Below, one piece after another: positions 1 through 7,685 of a DNA stretch of 51,200 bases (its first letter is position 1; each line of letters starts with the position of its first letter). A program made the translations under genes and the position numbers. Below the pieces are notes generated by a model that saw only the letters and a program-made list of their open reading frames with translations, did no database searches and had not been told where the DNA came from. Source of the DNA: Clostridia bacterium (GTDB lineage: Bacteria > Bacillota > Clostridia > Christensenellales > DTU072); assembly GCA_028699795.1 (NCBI GenBank), contig JAQVTZ010000001.1, positions 1 through 51,200 of the forward strand, given 5' to 3'.

Positions 1-199
1 GCCGAAACCGACGCTGATTTTTCAAATCAGGGTTCGGTTTCGCCTTACTCAGCCTATCCCGCATTGTCCGCCTCGGCATTCTTTCGCGGGGCTACGCGCC
101 CCGCTATCCCCCGACCTCGCCAACGCTAATTTCCTCACCGTGAGGACGGGTTTTCGCGTTTCTTTTTTCGGGGAATGGTTTGTTTTTTGTCGAATGCGC
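1..199 (+). repeat. Dispersed structured repeat, copy A (5' part cut by window edge)
   Basis: Aligns by eye with 47338-47541 and 50086-50319: long hairpin GCCGAAACCGAC..GGTTCGGTTTCGCC, GCGGGGC/GCCCCGC hairpin, then the 15-bp palindrome. Runs into promoter 200-228. Confidence 0.9.
132..146. promoter_or_regulatory. 15-bp palindrome TCCTCAC-C-GTGAGGA (site 1)
   Basis: Perfect 7-1-7 inverted repeat at the 3' end of repeat copy A, about 55 bp upstream of the -35 at 200. Confidence 0.8.
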
Positions 200-228
200 T
201 TGACAACGTATGTACACTATGCTATAAT
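200..228 (+). promoter_or_regulatory. Sigma-A type promoter, ATGTAC-spacer family
   Basis: TTGACA, 17-nt spacer (acgtATGTACactatgc), TATAAT. About 50 bp upstream of ATG 278. Confidence 0.75.
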
Positions 229-277
229 TGTGTCATAGGAAATAATTATTTGGAAGCATTAAAAAGGGGGCAATTAT

Positions 278-622
278 ATGAAATTAACGACAGCGGTTCA
301 AGTCCTTAAAAAAGAACTCGCCGAGCTCGCGGCGGTCGCGGATAAAGAAAAGGTTCTTGCTATCATGATATTTGACGAAATGGCAGAATACGATGTTTCT
401 ATGATTAACAAAATTTCTCAGAGGTCTCGGCTTATTCTCGGTCTGGGCTATTCGGAGTTTTTTGCAGATACAACGTCGGACAACGAGCTTTGCGCGGCAT
501 CTGAAAAGAGAGATATTCTTTTGAAGCATCTCGGCGTTGACGCGACAAGGTTGAACGAGGAGATGCGGTCAACATATGGCAAGAGGGGTTATGGTTTGGC
601 TGAGCGCGATTTAGACTGTTAG
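278..622 (+). CDS. Hypothetical protein (114 aa)
   Basis: ORF track. GGGGG RBS 7 nt before the ATG. First gene after repeat A and its promoter. No motif recognised. Confidence 0.65.
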   Translation: MKLTTAVQVLKKELAELAAVADKEKVLAIMIFDEMAEYDVSMINKISQRSRLILGLGYSEFFADTTSDNELCAASEKRDILLKHLGVDATRLNEEMRSTYGKRGYGLAERDLDC

Positions 623-744
623 AATGCGGAGGGCTTGATTGTGTTGAACAACAGGTATTATAAGTGGGGCGGCGGGCATGAATTTTTTTAAGCTTGATGA
701 CGGAGACGATTTTTCGAGGAAGAAAAATATATAAATTCATGTAC

Positions 745-773
745 TTGACTTTATATGTACAGAGTGTTATAAT
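745..773 (+). promoter_or_regulatory. Sigma-A type promoter, ATGTAC-spacer family, with conserved leader 774-830
   Basis: TTGACT, 17 nt (ttatATGTACagagtgt), TATAAT with TGn extended -10. Leader AGTGTAAAGAGA-hairpin GAGGAA/TTCCTC-GAAAGCGAGG before ATG 831. Confidence 0.8.
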
Positions 774-830
774 AATAGTGTAAAGAGAGGAAGCGAGGGT
801 TTCCTCCACATCAAGAAAGCGAGGCACACC

Positions 831-1211
831 ATGAGCGAGGTTTTGATAAAAGAATACGAGTTTTCAGCGACGGCAGATTGTGACATTTACTGCGGTAACT
901 GGAGCGACGTCAAAAAAGACATTCTTGTTTATGCGGCGGAACGCATTGCCTGTTATCACGGCGACATTTTTATCACTTTTGGTCAGGTTGCCGATAGGCT
1001 GTCTGACAAAAACCTTCTTTCCCAGAATTTGAACATACGGGTTTATATTCACGGGTACGGTGCTGATTATGTAGATATAGATAACCCTTGCTATGACACT
1101 GAAAATAGGGATATGTTGAAAAGGGCTGTTGAACACAAGGGCGTGGTTATGTCGATAAAAAGAGCGGCGGGGGGCAACACGGTTGCCGTGCGCATCGAGG
1201 AGGCTTTATGA
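831..1211 (+). CDS. Hypothetical protein (126 aa)
   Basis: ORF track. Conserved leader/SD upstream. Its stop overlaps the next start (ATGA at 1208). No motif recognised. Confidence 0.7.
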   Translation: MSEVLIKEYEFSATADCDIYCGNWSDVKKDILVYAAERIACYHGDIFITFGQVADRLSDKNLLSQNLNIRVYIHGYGADYVDIDNPCYDTENRDMLKRAVEHKGVVMSIKRAAGGNTVAVRIEEAL

Positions 1212-1786
1212 TTCCCAATGTATATCTAACGTTTATGAGGGATGCGGAGTATGTCTCTGTTTCAATGGACTCTCACATCGAAATTCGAGATTACGTCTCC
1301 GTTGTTGATTGGCTTACGTTTGAGCCGATGCGGGATGGTGAGTTTCCAAAGCGGGTGTGCCGCATTTTGGGAGACGGGCTGTATGGCGGCGTTTATGGGG
1401 TGCAGGAGTCTCTGACTACTCGTGCGGCTGTTTTTGCGTGGCGGATGAAATTCTGGGCGAATGCAAAGATTTATGTGCGCGAAGGATTGGAAGCCCCGTG
1501 GGTCGACATGAACGTGATTCCGTGGGAAGAAGGGGAAGCTCGAGAGGTTGAGACCGAGCAACTCCATATGACAGAACAAGAGGAGGTGCTCGTGGCGTCT
1601 CATGCCGAAAATCTTTGTGATGCCGATGGTGTTATCAAAGATTCTGTTGAATGGGTTGAGGCGGTTCTTGTTTGGGCGAACGTTCATGAGGCGGGCAGGG
1701 CTAAAAAGAAAGAGGAGCTCGAGCGGCTTTGGGGAAACGACGTCAAGTGCGGCATTATAATTTCCCAGAAAAAGGAGACAGAGTGA
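1208..1786 (+). CDS. Hypothetical protein (192 aa)
   Basis: ATGA start/stop overlap with the upstream gene. No motif recognised. Confidence 0.65.
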   Translation: MIPNVYLTFMRDAEYVSVSMDSHIEIRDYVSVVDWLTFEPMRDGEFPKRVCRILGDGLYGGVYGVQESLTTRAAVFAWRMKFWANAKIYVREGLEAPWVDMNVIPWEEGEAREVETEQLHMTEQEEVLVASHAENLCDADGVIKDSVEWVEAVLVWANVHEAGRAKKKEELERLWGNDVKCGIIISQKKETE

Positions 1787-2307
1787 GTCCTGCGCAGAAC
1801 GTTAAAACGGAAAGAGGGATTACAAAACGCGACTTCGTTACCTTTGTTCTTTTTCTTTTTGGGGTTGTGGGAATATTCATATTTCGTGCAACGGTGCTCG
1901 ATAGGGTTATGGTCGATGGAGACAGCATGTACCCTACTCTTTCTAATTCTGACGTTTTGTGGGCGACTCCCTTTTCCTCCGAGTCGGTTGAACGAGGAGA
2001 TATTGTTGTTGTTATGATGAACGGAAAAAAATGTATTAAGCGGGTTGTGGCGTTGCCTCTTGATTCTGTTGTTATTACAAACGGAACGGTTTATGTAAAT
2101 GGAACGGCGGAGGGGAGCGACGGCGGGGCGGGAACAGAATGTTCTCTTGTTCTTTCCGAAAACGAATATTATGTGATTGGAGATAACCGTAGCGTTAGTG
2201 GCGATTCTCGCGTTTTTGGTTCGTTGTCAAAAGATGATATGAAGGGTATTGTTTGGATTCGCATTTATCCTTTTGGGGATGCGGGGGAGGTAAGGGATGA
2301 ATATTAA
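1783..2307 (+). CDS. Signal peptidase I (S26 family, TraF/LepB-like)
   Basis: Motifs GDSMYPTL, GDIVVV, KRVVALPLD and GDNRSVSGDSR, plus an N-terminal TM segment. Start set to the in-frame GTG 1783, 5 nt after AAAGGAG. The track start 1729 overlaps the upstream gene. Confidence 0.85.
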   Translation: MSPAQNVKTERGITKRDFVTFVLFLFGVVGIFIFRATVLDRVMVDGDSMYPTLSNSDVLWATPFSSESVERGDIVVVMMNGKKCIKRVVALPLDSVVITNGTVYVNGTAEGSDGGAGTECSLVLSENEYYVIGDNRSVSGDSRVFGSLSKDDMKGIVWIRIYPFGDAGEVRDEY

Positions 2308-2617
2308 AGTTTTGCTTTACAAGAAGGGTTTAATCGACCCCGAGACAGTTGAGACAGATGCGACTATGTTTAACGAGTTGGTGGGCGGCGCTCCTCGCAT
2401 GAAAGAGTTGGTAGGCGGGCTGTGCTTTATATGGAGTGATTCTCCGAGAGAGAAGAGTGTTCGCAATGTGTTTTTGCCCGTTTACAATAATTCTAGGGTT
2501 GAGGTTGTTCCAATGCGAGTGGAGAGCAATTACTTGATTTGTGGTTTCTGTGATGGGGTGTATTGTGATTATCCCGAGGATATGAAGGGGGAGCTCAAGT
2601 CTATCTTTGGTTTTTAA
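2297..2617 (+). CDS. Hypothetical protein (106 aa), possibly DUF3846-like
   Basis: GGGAGG RBS. The N-terminal IKVLLY..DPETVE..NELVGG pattern resembles, from memory and unverified, a family common on Firmicute conjugative elements. Confidence 0.6.
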   Translation: MNIKVLLYKKGLIDPETVETDATMFNELVGGAPRMKELVGGLCFIWSDSPREKSVRNVFLPVYNNSRVEVVPMRVESNYLICGFCDGVYCDYPEDMKGELKSIFGF

Positions 2618-2629
2618 GGGGTGTTTTTA

Positions 2630-2803
2630 ATGCAACGTCGATGTATTGGATATGGTATTTTTAGGGGCGTGTGTCCGAATGCGGTTGACCCTCGCCGCGG
2701 AACTTTGTTTTGCGGTCGTTGTGAAAGCCTTCGTGATGCTCAGGGTTCGGGGGGCGGCATCGGAGACAAGTTTCTTGAAATACGACATGACGATGAAAGG
2801 TAG
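2630..2803 (+). CDS. Small Cys-containing protein (57 aa), possible zinc ribbon
   Basis: ATG 2630 is in frame within track ORF 2621-2803. AAGGGG lies 8 nt upstream. Four Cys, including CGRC. Weak support. Confidence 0.4.
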   Translation: MQRRCIGYGIFRGVCPNAVDPRRGTLFCGRCESLRDAQGSGGGIGDKFLEIRHDDER

Positions 2804-2811
2804 AATTATTT

Positions 2812-3162
2812 ATGTTTGATTTTTTTCGGGATATGTTTGACGAGGTAAGGGGTGTTGACCCTAATAAGGTTCGCCTCGAAAGAGCGAACAAGAAGGAAGC
2901 GGAAAAAGAAGCGCGGTATATCTTTACTAAAAAAATGAAGGTTGCTGTTTACGGTTTTGGAATGCTCTATATCGTTATGTCGTGTTTTGTTTTATTTGGC
3001 GGCGGCGTTTCTTTATGGAGAGGCGCATTACAGGTTTGGATGTCTGTTCTCGCGGGAGTGGCTATGCTCAGTTTGGTTACAAAAACAAAGCAGGGTGAAG
3101 TCGCTTCGGCAATTACTATTTTTGTTTTTGTTTGTTTTCTTTTGGGCTCGATAATGATTTGA
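2812..3162 (+). CDS. Membrane protein (116 aa)
   Basis: Charged N-terminus followed by 2-3 hydrophobic helices (VAVYGFGMLYIVMSCFVLFGG, VWMSVLAGVAMLSLV, AITIFVFVCFLLGSIMI). Confidence 0.6.
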   Translation: MFDFFRDMFDEVRGVDPNKVRLERANKKEAEKEARYIFTKKMKVAVYGFGMLYIVMSCFVLFGGGVSLWRGALQVWMSVLAGVAMLSLVTKTKQGEVASAITIFVFVCFLLGSIMI

Positions 3163-3173
3163 GGGGTATATAA

Positions 3174-3626
3174 ATGCGTGTTTATATTTCACCAGAAGAC
3201 ATGAAGGTTCTGCGTCGGATTGCTAATGACAACGAGGTTTCTGTTTCTGAGCTCGGGGTTTTTCTTGCGCGTAGCCTTTCGTCGGATAAAGGAATTGCTG
3301 TTCGTTTATCTGACGATGAATATGGTTATATTTATTCGAAGTCGATGGAAACGGGCATGTCGATGTCGCGGTTTTGTTCTCTTGCTTGTCGCTCATTTCT
3401 TAATGTTTCGGAAGGCGTTAAGATTGAAAGTTTATATTGCGACAATCATTCTTCGTCTTTGCGCAAAAAGCGTATTGAGGTTAAGCTTATAAGTAATAAC
3501 GATATGTTTCGGGTAGAGTCTTTGTCGTATCAATACGGAATTAAGGTCTCGACTCTAATTAGATACTGTTCGCTACGATTTGATGGTTCGCATTTTGATG
3601 CGGGAAAGGACTATCGTGATGGATGA
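3174..3626 (+). CDS. Protein with three tandem ribbon-helix-helix-like repeats (150 aa)
   Basis: GAGGGG RBS. Three repeats of a beta-strand/helix pattern: RVYISPED..VSVSELGVFLARS, AVRLSDDE..MSMSRFCSLACRS, EVKLISNN..IKVSTLIRYCSL. Confidence 0.6.
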   Translation: MRVYISPEDMKVLRRIANDNEVSVSELGVFLARSLSSDKGIAVRLSDDEYGYIYSKSMETGMSMSRFCSLACRSFLNVSEGVKIESLYCDNHSSSLRKKRIEVKLISNNDMFRVESLSYQYGIKVSTLIRYCSLRFDGSHFDAGKDYRDG

Positions 3627-4014
3627 CGAGAAATACATTAACTGTCGCATTTATACAGAAGAAGAGGCGAAGAATCATCCGCTCATTATTGCAAGAGACC
3701 GATTGATTAAAAAGCGCTCAGAACGCAAGGAATCGTTCTTGCGGTTTTTGCGTTTTGTTGTCTGCTCTCCGATATCCATAGCTTTCAAAGGGTTGGCGTT
3801 TTTTACCAAGTTGGCTAGTGTTCTTCTTTCTATTGGATTGCCCTATGGTGTTTATTGCGCATATCGGGTTGTTCGCGACATGATGAATGGCGTTGATTTA
3901 TTTGACGCTTCTCATTTCAAAGGGCTTCTCATTTTTATGGCATTTCCTTTTTTGGGGTTTGCTCTTTCATATTTGTTTACTGCAATATCGTCCAAAGCAG
4001 AGGATATATTGTGA
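3619..4014 (+). CDS. Membrane protein (131 aa)
   Basis: ATG 3619 is in frame in track ORF 3580-4014 and overlaps the upstream stop (3624-3626). Several hydrophobic helices in the C-terminal two thirds. Confidence 0.55.
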   Translation: MDDEKYINCRIYTEEEAKNHPLIIARDRLIKKRSERKESFLRFLRFVVCSPISIAFKGLAFFTKLASVLLSIGLPYGVYCAYRVVRDMMNGVDLFDASHFKGLLIFMAFPFLGFALSYLFTAISSKAEDIL

Positions 4015-4086
4015 TTATTTATTTTTACGAGTAGTTGAAAATATTCAAAATTTAGCGCATTATAAATATGCCCTTAACGTTATATA

Positions 4087-4163
4087 GCAAGCATAGGTAA
4101 TTGTGCGCACACAATGACCGCTTGCTAGCCACATGACATAACGTCATGTTGGGGCAAAGCCCC
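4087..4163. other. Candidate oriT (nested inverted repeats upstream of mobC-relaxase)
   Basis: GCAAGC(4087-4092)/GCTTGC(4120-4125) encloses ATTGTG-CGCA-CACAAT (4100-4115). ACATGAC-ataac-GTCATGT at 4131-4149. GGGGC-aaa-GCCCC at 4151-4163. The nick site was not identified. Confidence 0.55.
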
Positions 4164-4250
4164 CTAAAACCCCCTTTCGCATCATCGTCGCCGCGATGTC
4201 TGCCTGTCAATATTCGACCATGCGAACATTAACCATCAATACGATACTCG

Positions 4251-4265
4251 TCCTCACCGTGAGGA
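4251..4265. promoter_or_regulatory. 15-bp palindrome TCCTCAC-C-GTGAGGA (site 2)
   Basis: Perfect copy between the oriT candidate and the small ORF/mobC. Outside any long repeat. Confidence 0.8.
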
Positions 4266-4280
4266 TTTGGGAGAATGATA

Positions 4281-4454
4281 ATGAAGTTGCCAATTTACTA
4301 TTTGATTGTTTATTCGGTAATCCTCGCATTGTTTTTCGCGAGCATTCTTGTAAATAAAAAGGTTGGTTCTAATGTTCGAATGAAAATATTATATAAAATC
4401 GTCAACGTAATTTTGTGGGCGACGATGTATGTTGTCGTGTTGCTGTTTGCATAA
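4281..4454 (+). CDS. Small two-helix membrane protein (57 aa, below ORF-track cutoff)
   Basis: My own translation: MKLPIYYLIVYSVILALFFASILVNKKVGSNVRMKILYKIVNVILWATMYVVVLLFA. GGGAGA lies upstream. Stop TAA at 4452-4454. Confidence 0.45.
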   Translation: MKLPIYYLIVYSVILALFFASILVNKKVGSNVRMKILYKIVNVILWATMYVVVLLFA

Positions 4455-4464
4455 GGAGTTGAAC

Positions 4465-4815
4465 ATGAAAAAATCATTCAGACATAGAGAATACAGGTTG
4501 TGTTTGTTTTTACTCGAAGAGGAAAAAGTTATGTTGGATAAAAAGGCTGATGAAGCAGGGATGTCTAAATCCGAGCTCGTTCGGAACTTAATAATGTATG
4601 GCGCGGCGCACGAGCGACATAAGTTTTCTAACGAATACGCGGGAAAGATTCTTTATGAAATAAATCGAATTGGAAACAATCTTAATCAGATTGCGTATGT
4701 TGCAAACAGCACAAAACATTTTAGTCGCGACGAGTTTGACAAGATGGTTAAGAGCTATAACGACCTTTTGAGTTATTACACAGAATACATGGTTGATTCG
4801 GAAGAGGGGGCATAA
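4465..4815 (+). CDS. mobC: MobC-family relaxosome accessory protein
   Basis: AAGGAG RBS before ATG 4465 (in frame within the track ORF). Pattern RLCLFLLEEEKVMLDKKADEAGMSKSELVRNLI..INRIGNNLNQIA is typical of MobC. TAATG overlap with the relaxase. Confidence 0.85.
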   Translation: MKKSFRHREYRLCLFLLEEEKVMLDKKADEAGMSKSELVRNLIMYGAAHERHKFSNEYAGKILYEINRIGNNLNQIAYVANSTKHFSRDEFDKMVKSYNDLLSYYTEYMVDSEEGA

Positions 4816-6677
4816 TGGCAACCACTAGAATTCATTCAATTACGTCTACGCCCAAAGCCGCACTCGATTATGTTGTTGCCGACAAGGTAGAGATGTTTGA
4901 TTCGGAGGACATGTTGAACAAGAACGTTCTTTATGTTCTTGAAGGAGAGCACGTTGTTCGATATCCTACCTTGTCTTCGTTTGTTTTTAATTTATCGGGC
5001 GCAAGTTTTTATTCTGGGAACGTAGACCGTGAGCCATATAAAGTCTATCAGTCGTTAGAGGCGTTTGCGAAAGAGAAGGGAAAATATCACCAAGATGCGT
5101 TTGACACGAAGTCGGGACGTGAGGTTTCAATGTGGCACTTGCATCAGAGTTTCAACGGGAATGAGGTTGCTCCTCATGTTGCGCATGAGATTGGAATAAA
5201 GCTTGCGGAAAAATTATTTGCGGGTCATGCCGTTACCGTTTCAACACACACGAACACGAACAACGTTCATAATCACTTTATTATTTCGGCATGGAACGAC
5301 AAAGGATTGAAGTGGAATAACAGCAATAATAACTATCGCTTAATTCGAAATACGAGCGACCGCTTGTGCGAAGAGTATGGTCTTCACGTTCTCGATTCGA
5401 CGAAGGAATATCGCCTTAATATGTATGTAGACAAACAAGGCGTATCGAGAGCGTTCGAGCCAACAAGTCGTAAAATAGATATTATAACGGAACGTGATGT
5501 CGGCGTTTCTTTGCCCGATGATGTTTCTGGGTATCGACAAACCGATGCGTATGTTGATGCGGTTGTAAAAAAAGAGTCCGTTTCGGAAACAATAAAAAAA
5601 GATATTGACGCGGCGTTACCGTCATGTGCATCGTATGACGACCTCTTGCATCGTCTTCGTGAAATGGGTTACTCCATTCGCGACAAAAAGAAATCTGGTG
5701 AGTGGCGTGAACATATTTCTTATCAGCCGCCTTCCGCTCTTAAAGGAACAAGGGAAAATAAAATCGGGGATGGATATTACTATACGCGAGAGAATCTTAC
5801 ATCTGTAATCGAAGGGGCTTCTCGCGAAGCGCCGTCCGTCTCTATCGTTTCTGACGTTCCGTATGTCGAAGAATATGTTTATCCTGCTTGTATGACCCGC
5901 GCTTTGAATGATGACTATAAGGCGGTAATTGACTCCGCCTCGTCTTCTATATCCGTTGTTCCTCGGTCGTCGTTTGAAAAAGAAATCGTTACGCATATTC
6001 GTAAGGACGACAATTATTTGCGGCGCATTTCTGACAGCATAAGTAATGTTTCTGCTTCGAAAAGCAAGCCCGCCGTGTCTGCATCTTCTCCGTTGAGAGA
6101 CCATTCCTCTCGGAAGGACAGGTTGATTGAGGACATTCAAAACGGTCTTCGAAGCTTGCGCTATATTGAGACCCATAACGTTTCTGGTATAGGTCACATG
6201 GTTGTAATTTATTCTGCGGCAAAAGAAAATCATCGAAAGGCGCTCGTTGAATTTTCAAGCGCAGAAAAGGCATTGTCTCAAGTTGCCCGTCTCGTTTCCG
6301 TCCCCGATGATGCTCGGAGGTTGGCTAACAGCATTCAGTCGAATAAGGACGACGTTTCTTACCAAATCGAAAACTTATCGGGTGACTCGGAATTACTTCA
6401 AGAATATAACACTCTTATTGCCCGTCATAAACTTGATGACCCTTCCGTTATGAGCGAGCTTCGTTTGAAGCATGATGAATTTTCTGCGAGGCGCGATGAT
6501 ATTCGTTCCTTAATTCGAAAGGCGTCGAATGATGTCCTTGAGGTAGAAATTTGCCTACACACTTTCGAGCGAATATACGGAAAGGAATATGTGCGCGACG
6601 TGGTGTCCGCCTCACGTCAAACGGACGAGGCTCAGAGGGACGACAAGGAACGGGGCGATAAAAACAGGTCTCGCTAA
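4815..6677 (+). CDS. Relaxase (MobA/VirD2-type relaxase/mobilisation nuclease domain)
   Basis: N-terminal relaxase domain with His cluster HTNTNNVHNHFIIS and HLHQSF. Translationally coupled to mobC. Long coiled C-terminal region. Confidence 0.9.
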   Translation: MATTRIHSITSTPKAALDYVVADKVEMFDSEDMLNKNVLYVLEGEHVVRYPTLSSFVFNLSGASFYSGNVDREPYKVYQSLEAFAKEKGKYHQDAFDTKSGREVSMWHLHQSFNGNEVAPHVAHEIGIKLAEKLFAGHAVTVSTHTNTNNVHNHFIISAWNDKGLKWNNSNNNYRLIRNTSDRLCEEYGLHVLDSTKEYRLNMYVDKQGVSRAFEPTSRKIDIITERDVGVSLPDDVSGYRQTDAYVDAVVKKESVSETIKKDIDAALPSCASYDDLLHRLREMGYSIRDKKKSGEWREHISYQPPSALKGTRENKIGDGYYYTRENLTSVIEGASREAPSVSIVSDVPYVEEYVYPACMTRALNDDYKAVIDSASSSISVVPRSSFEKEIVTHIRKDDNYLRRISDSISNVSASKSKPAVSASSPLRDHSSRKDRLIEDIQNGLRSLRYIETHNVSGIGHMVVIYSAAKENHRKALVEFSSAEKALSQVARLVSVPDDARRLANSIQSNKDDVSYQIENLSGDSELLQEYNTLIARHKLDDPSVMSELRLKHDEFSARRDDIRSLIRKASNDVLEVEICLHTFERIYGKEYVRDVVSASRQTDEAQRDDKERGDKNRSR

Positions 6678-6746
6678 TTGTTTTGTTACTAACTTAATTA
6701 CACTTTCACAACTTCAACACTAATTTGGAGTCGTATTCAAAAAAAA

Positions 6747-6782
6747 CAAGCCGCTCAGGTTCTCACGGGCGGCTTGTTTCGT
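6747..6782. terminator. Bidirectional intrinsic terminator
   Basis: CAAGCCGC (6747-6754) / GCGGCTTG (6769-6776), flanked by an A-run upstream and a T-rich tract downstream. Lies between convergent genes. Confidence 0.75.
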
Positions 6783-6799
6783 GTTTGTTGTTCGTTGCC

Positions 6800-7030
6800 T
6801 CATTCTTTTAACTTATTCTTTGTTTCGCGCAGGAGAGGCTTTGCAGGCTTAAATACGGGCATTGCCTTTGAATCTGTCTTGAGTGTTCCAAAGTTGGCGA
6901 TTGAGACTTCATCCCCTTGTATAAGGGCGCTTGCAATTACCTCGAAGGTCGCTTCGATTGCGATGACCGCATCTTTCATAGACAGTCCTGTTTTTTTAGA
7001 AATTCGCGAAGCAAGTTCCGATTTTCTCAT
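6800..7030 (-). CDS. HU/IHF-family DNA-binding protein (short, 76 aa)
   Basis: MRKSELASRISKKTGLSMKDAVIAIEATFEVIASALIQGDEVSIANFGT matches the HU N-terminal helices and first strand. AAGGAGAGG RBS. The C-terminal arm is shortened. Confidence 0.75.
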   Translation of the reverse strand: MRKSELASRISKKTGLSMKDAVIAIEATFEVIASALIQGDEVSIANFGTLKTDSKAMPVFKPAKPLLRETKNKLKE

Positions 7031-7057
7031 TGCGACCTCTCCTTGTGTTGTGATTCT

Positions 7058-7345
7058 TTACATTTCGTCTTCGTCGGTTGGGATGTCGCCGGCGGCGGAT
7101 TCCGTAAAGGAGGTTTGAAAGGGAATTTCTTTTTTGATTTCGTTCCACTCTTCATCCGTCAGTCGGGTAACTTTTGCCGAGAGCTCTTCGAGCATGGCGA
7201 TAATATCGGCGTCATTGCTGACGTTTCGAGCGTAAGTCATCGCCTTGACTACGCTCTCTTTTGTGAATTTGGAAAGCGGCGTTCCTGTTTGTGCAGAGTT
7301 GAGATAGAGTTTTTCGATGTCCGTAAAAATATCCGATTTTATCAT
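7058..7345 (-). CDS. Hypothetical protein (95 aa), acidic C-terminus
   Basis: ORF track. AAGGAGA RBS. No motif recognised. Confidence 0.65.
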   Translation of the reverse strand: MIKSDIFTDIEKLYLNSAQTGTPLSKFTKESVVKAMTYARNVSNDADIIAMLEELSAKVTRLTDEEWNEIKKEIPFQTSFTESAAGDIPTDEDEM

Positions 7346-7357
7346 TATGATTTCTCC

Positions 7358-7648
7358 TTATTCTTCATATATCTCTTTTACAAAGAGGGTGTGCATTGCT
7401 TTTCTGGGAAAGGTTTGGGTCGGCATGGTTCGGATTATTGCCCCGCAGTCCTCGAGGCGGCGCAATGCTTGTGTAACGGTTCGCGATGGCATTCTGACAG
7501 CTTTGGCAACGTCATTAACGGACATGTGCAATATTGCTTCGTCGCTCTTGCCTTTAAGCGCAATATCAAGCGCCGCCGCGTAGAAACGCTTATGCGCAAA
7601 CGTTAGCGTTGTTCCGCTTGCTTCTGCGAGCTTTTGAAGCCGCATCAT
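7358..7648 (-). CDS. Winged-helix DNA-binding protein (97 aa)
   Basis: Start moved to ATG 7648 behind GAGGGA; the track start 7738 overlaps the upstream gene. HTH-like MSVNDVAKAVRMPSRTVTQALRRLEDCGAI. Confidence 0.65.
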   Translation of the reverse strand: MMRLQKLAEASGTTLTFAHKRFYAAALDIALKGKSDEAILHMSVNDVAKAVRMPSRTVTQALRRLEDCGAIIRTMPTQTFPRKAMHTLFVKEIYEE

Positions 7649-7685
7649 AAGGATTCCCTCGGGCGCTTTTACATTTTTGCGCACG

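Noticed and set aside
132-146. The 15-bp palindrome as an RNA or ssDNA hairpin or terminator.
   Set aside because: The 7-bp arms are separated by one nucleotide, so no loop can form. No consistent T-run follows. Copies occur inside ORFs. A double-stranded protein-binding site is more likely.
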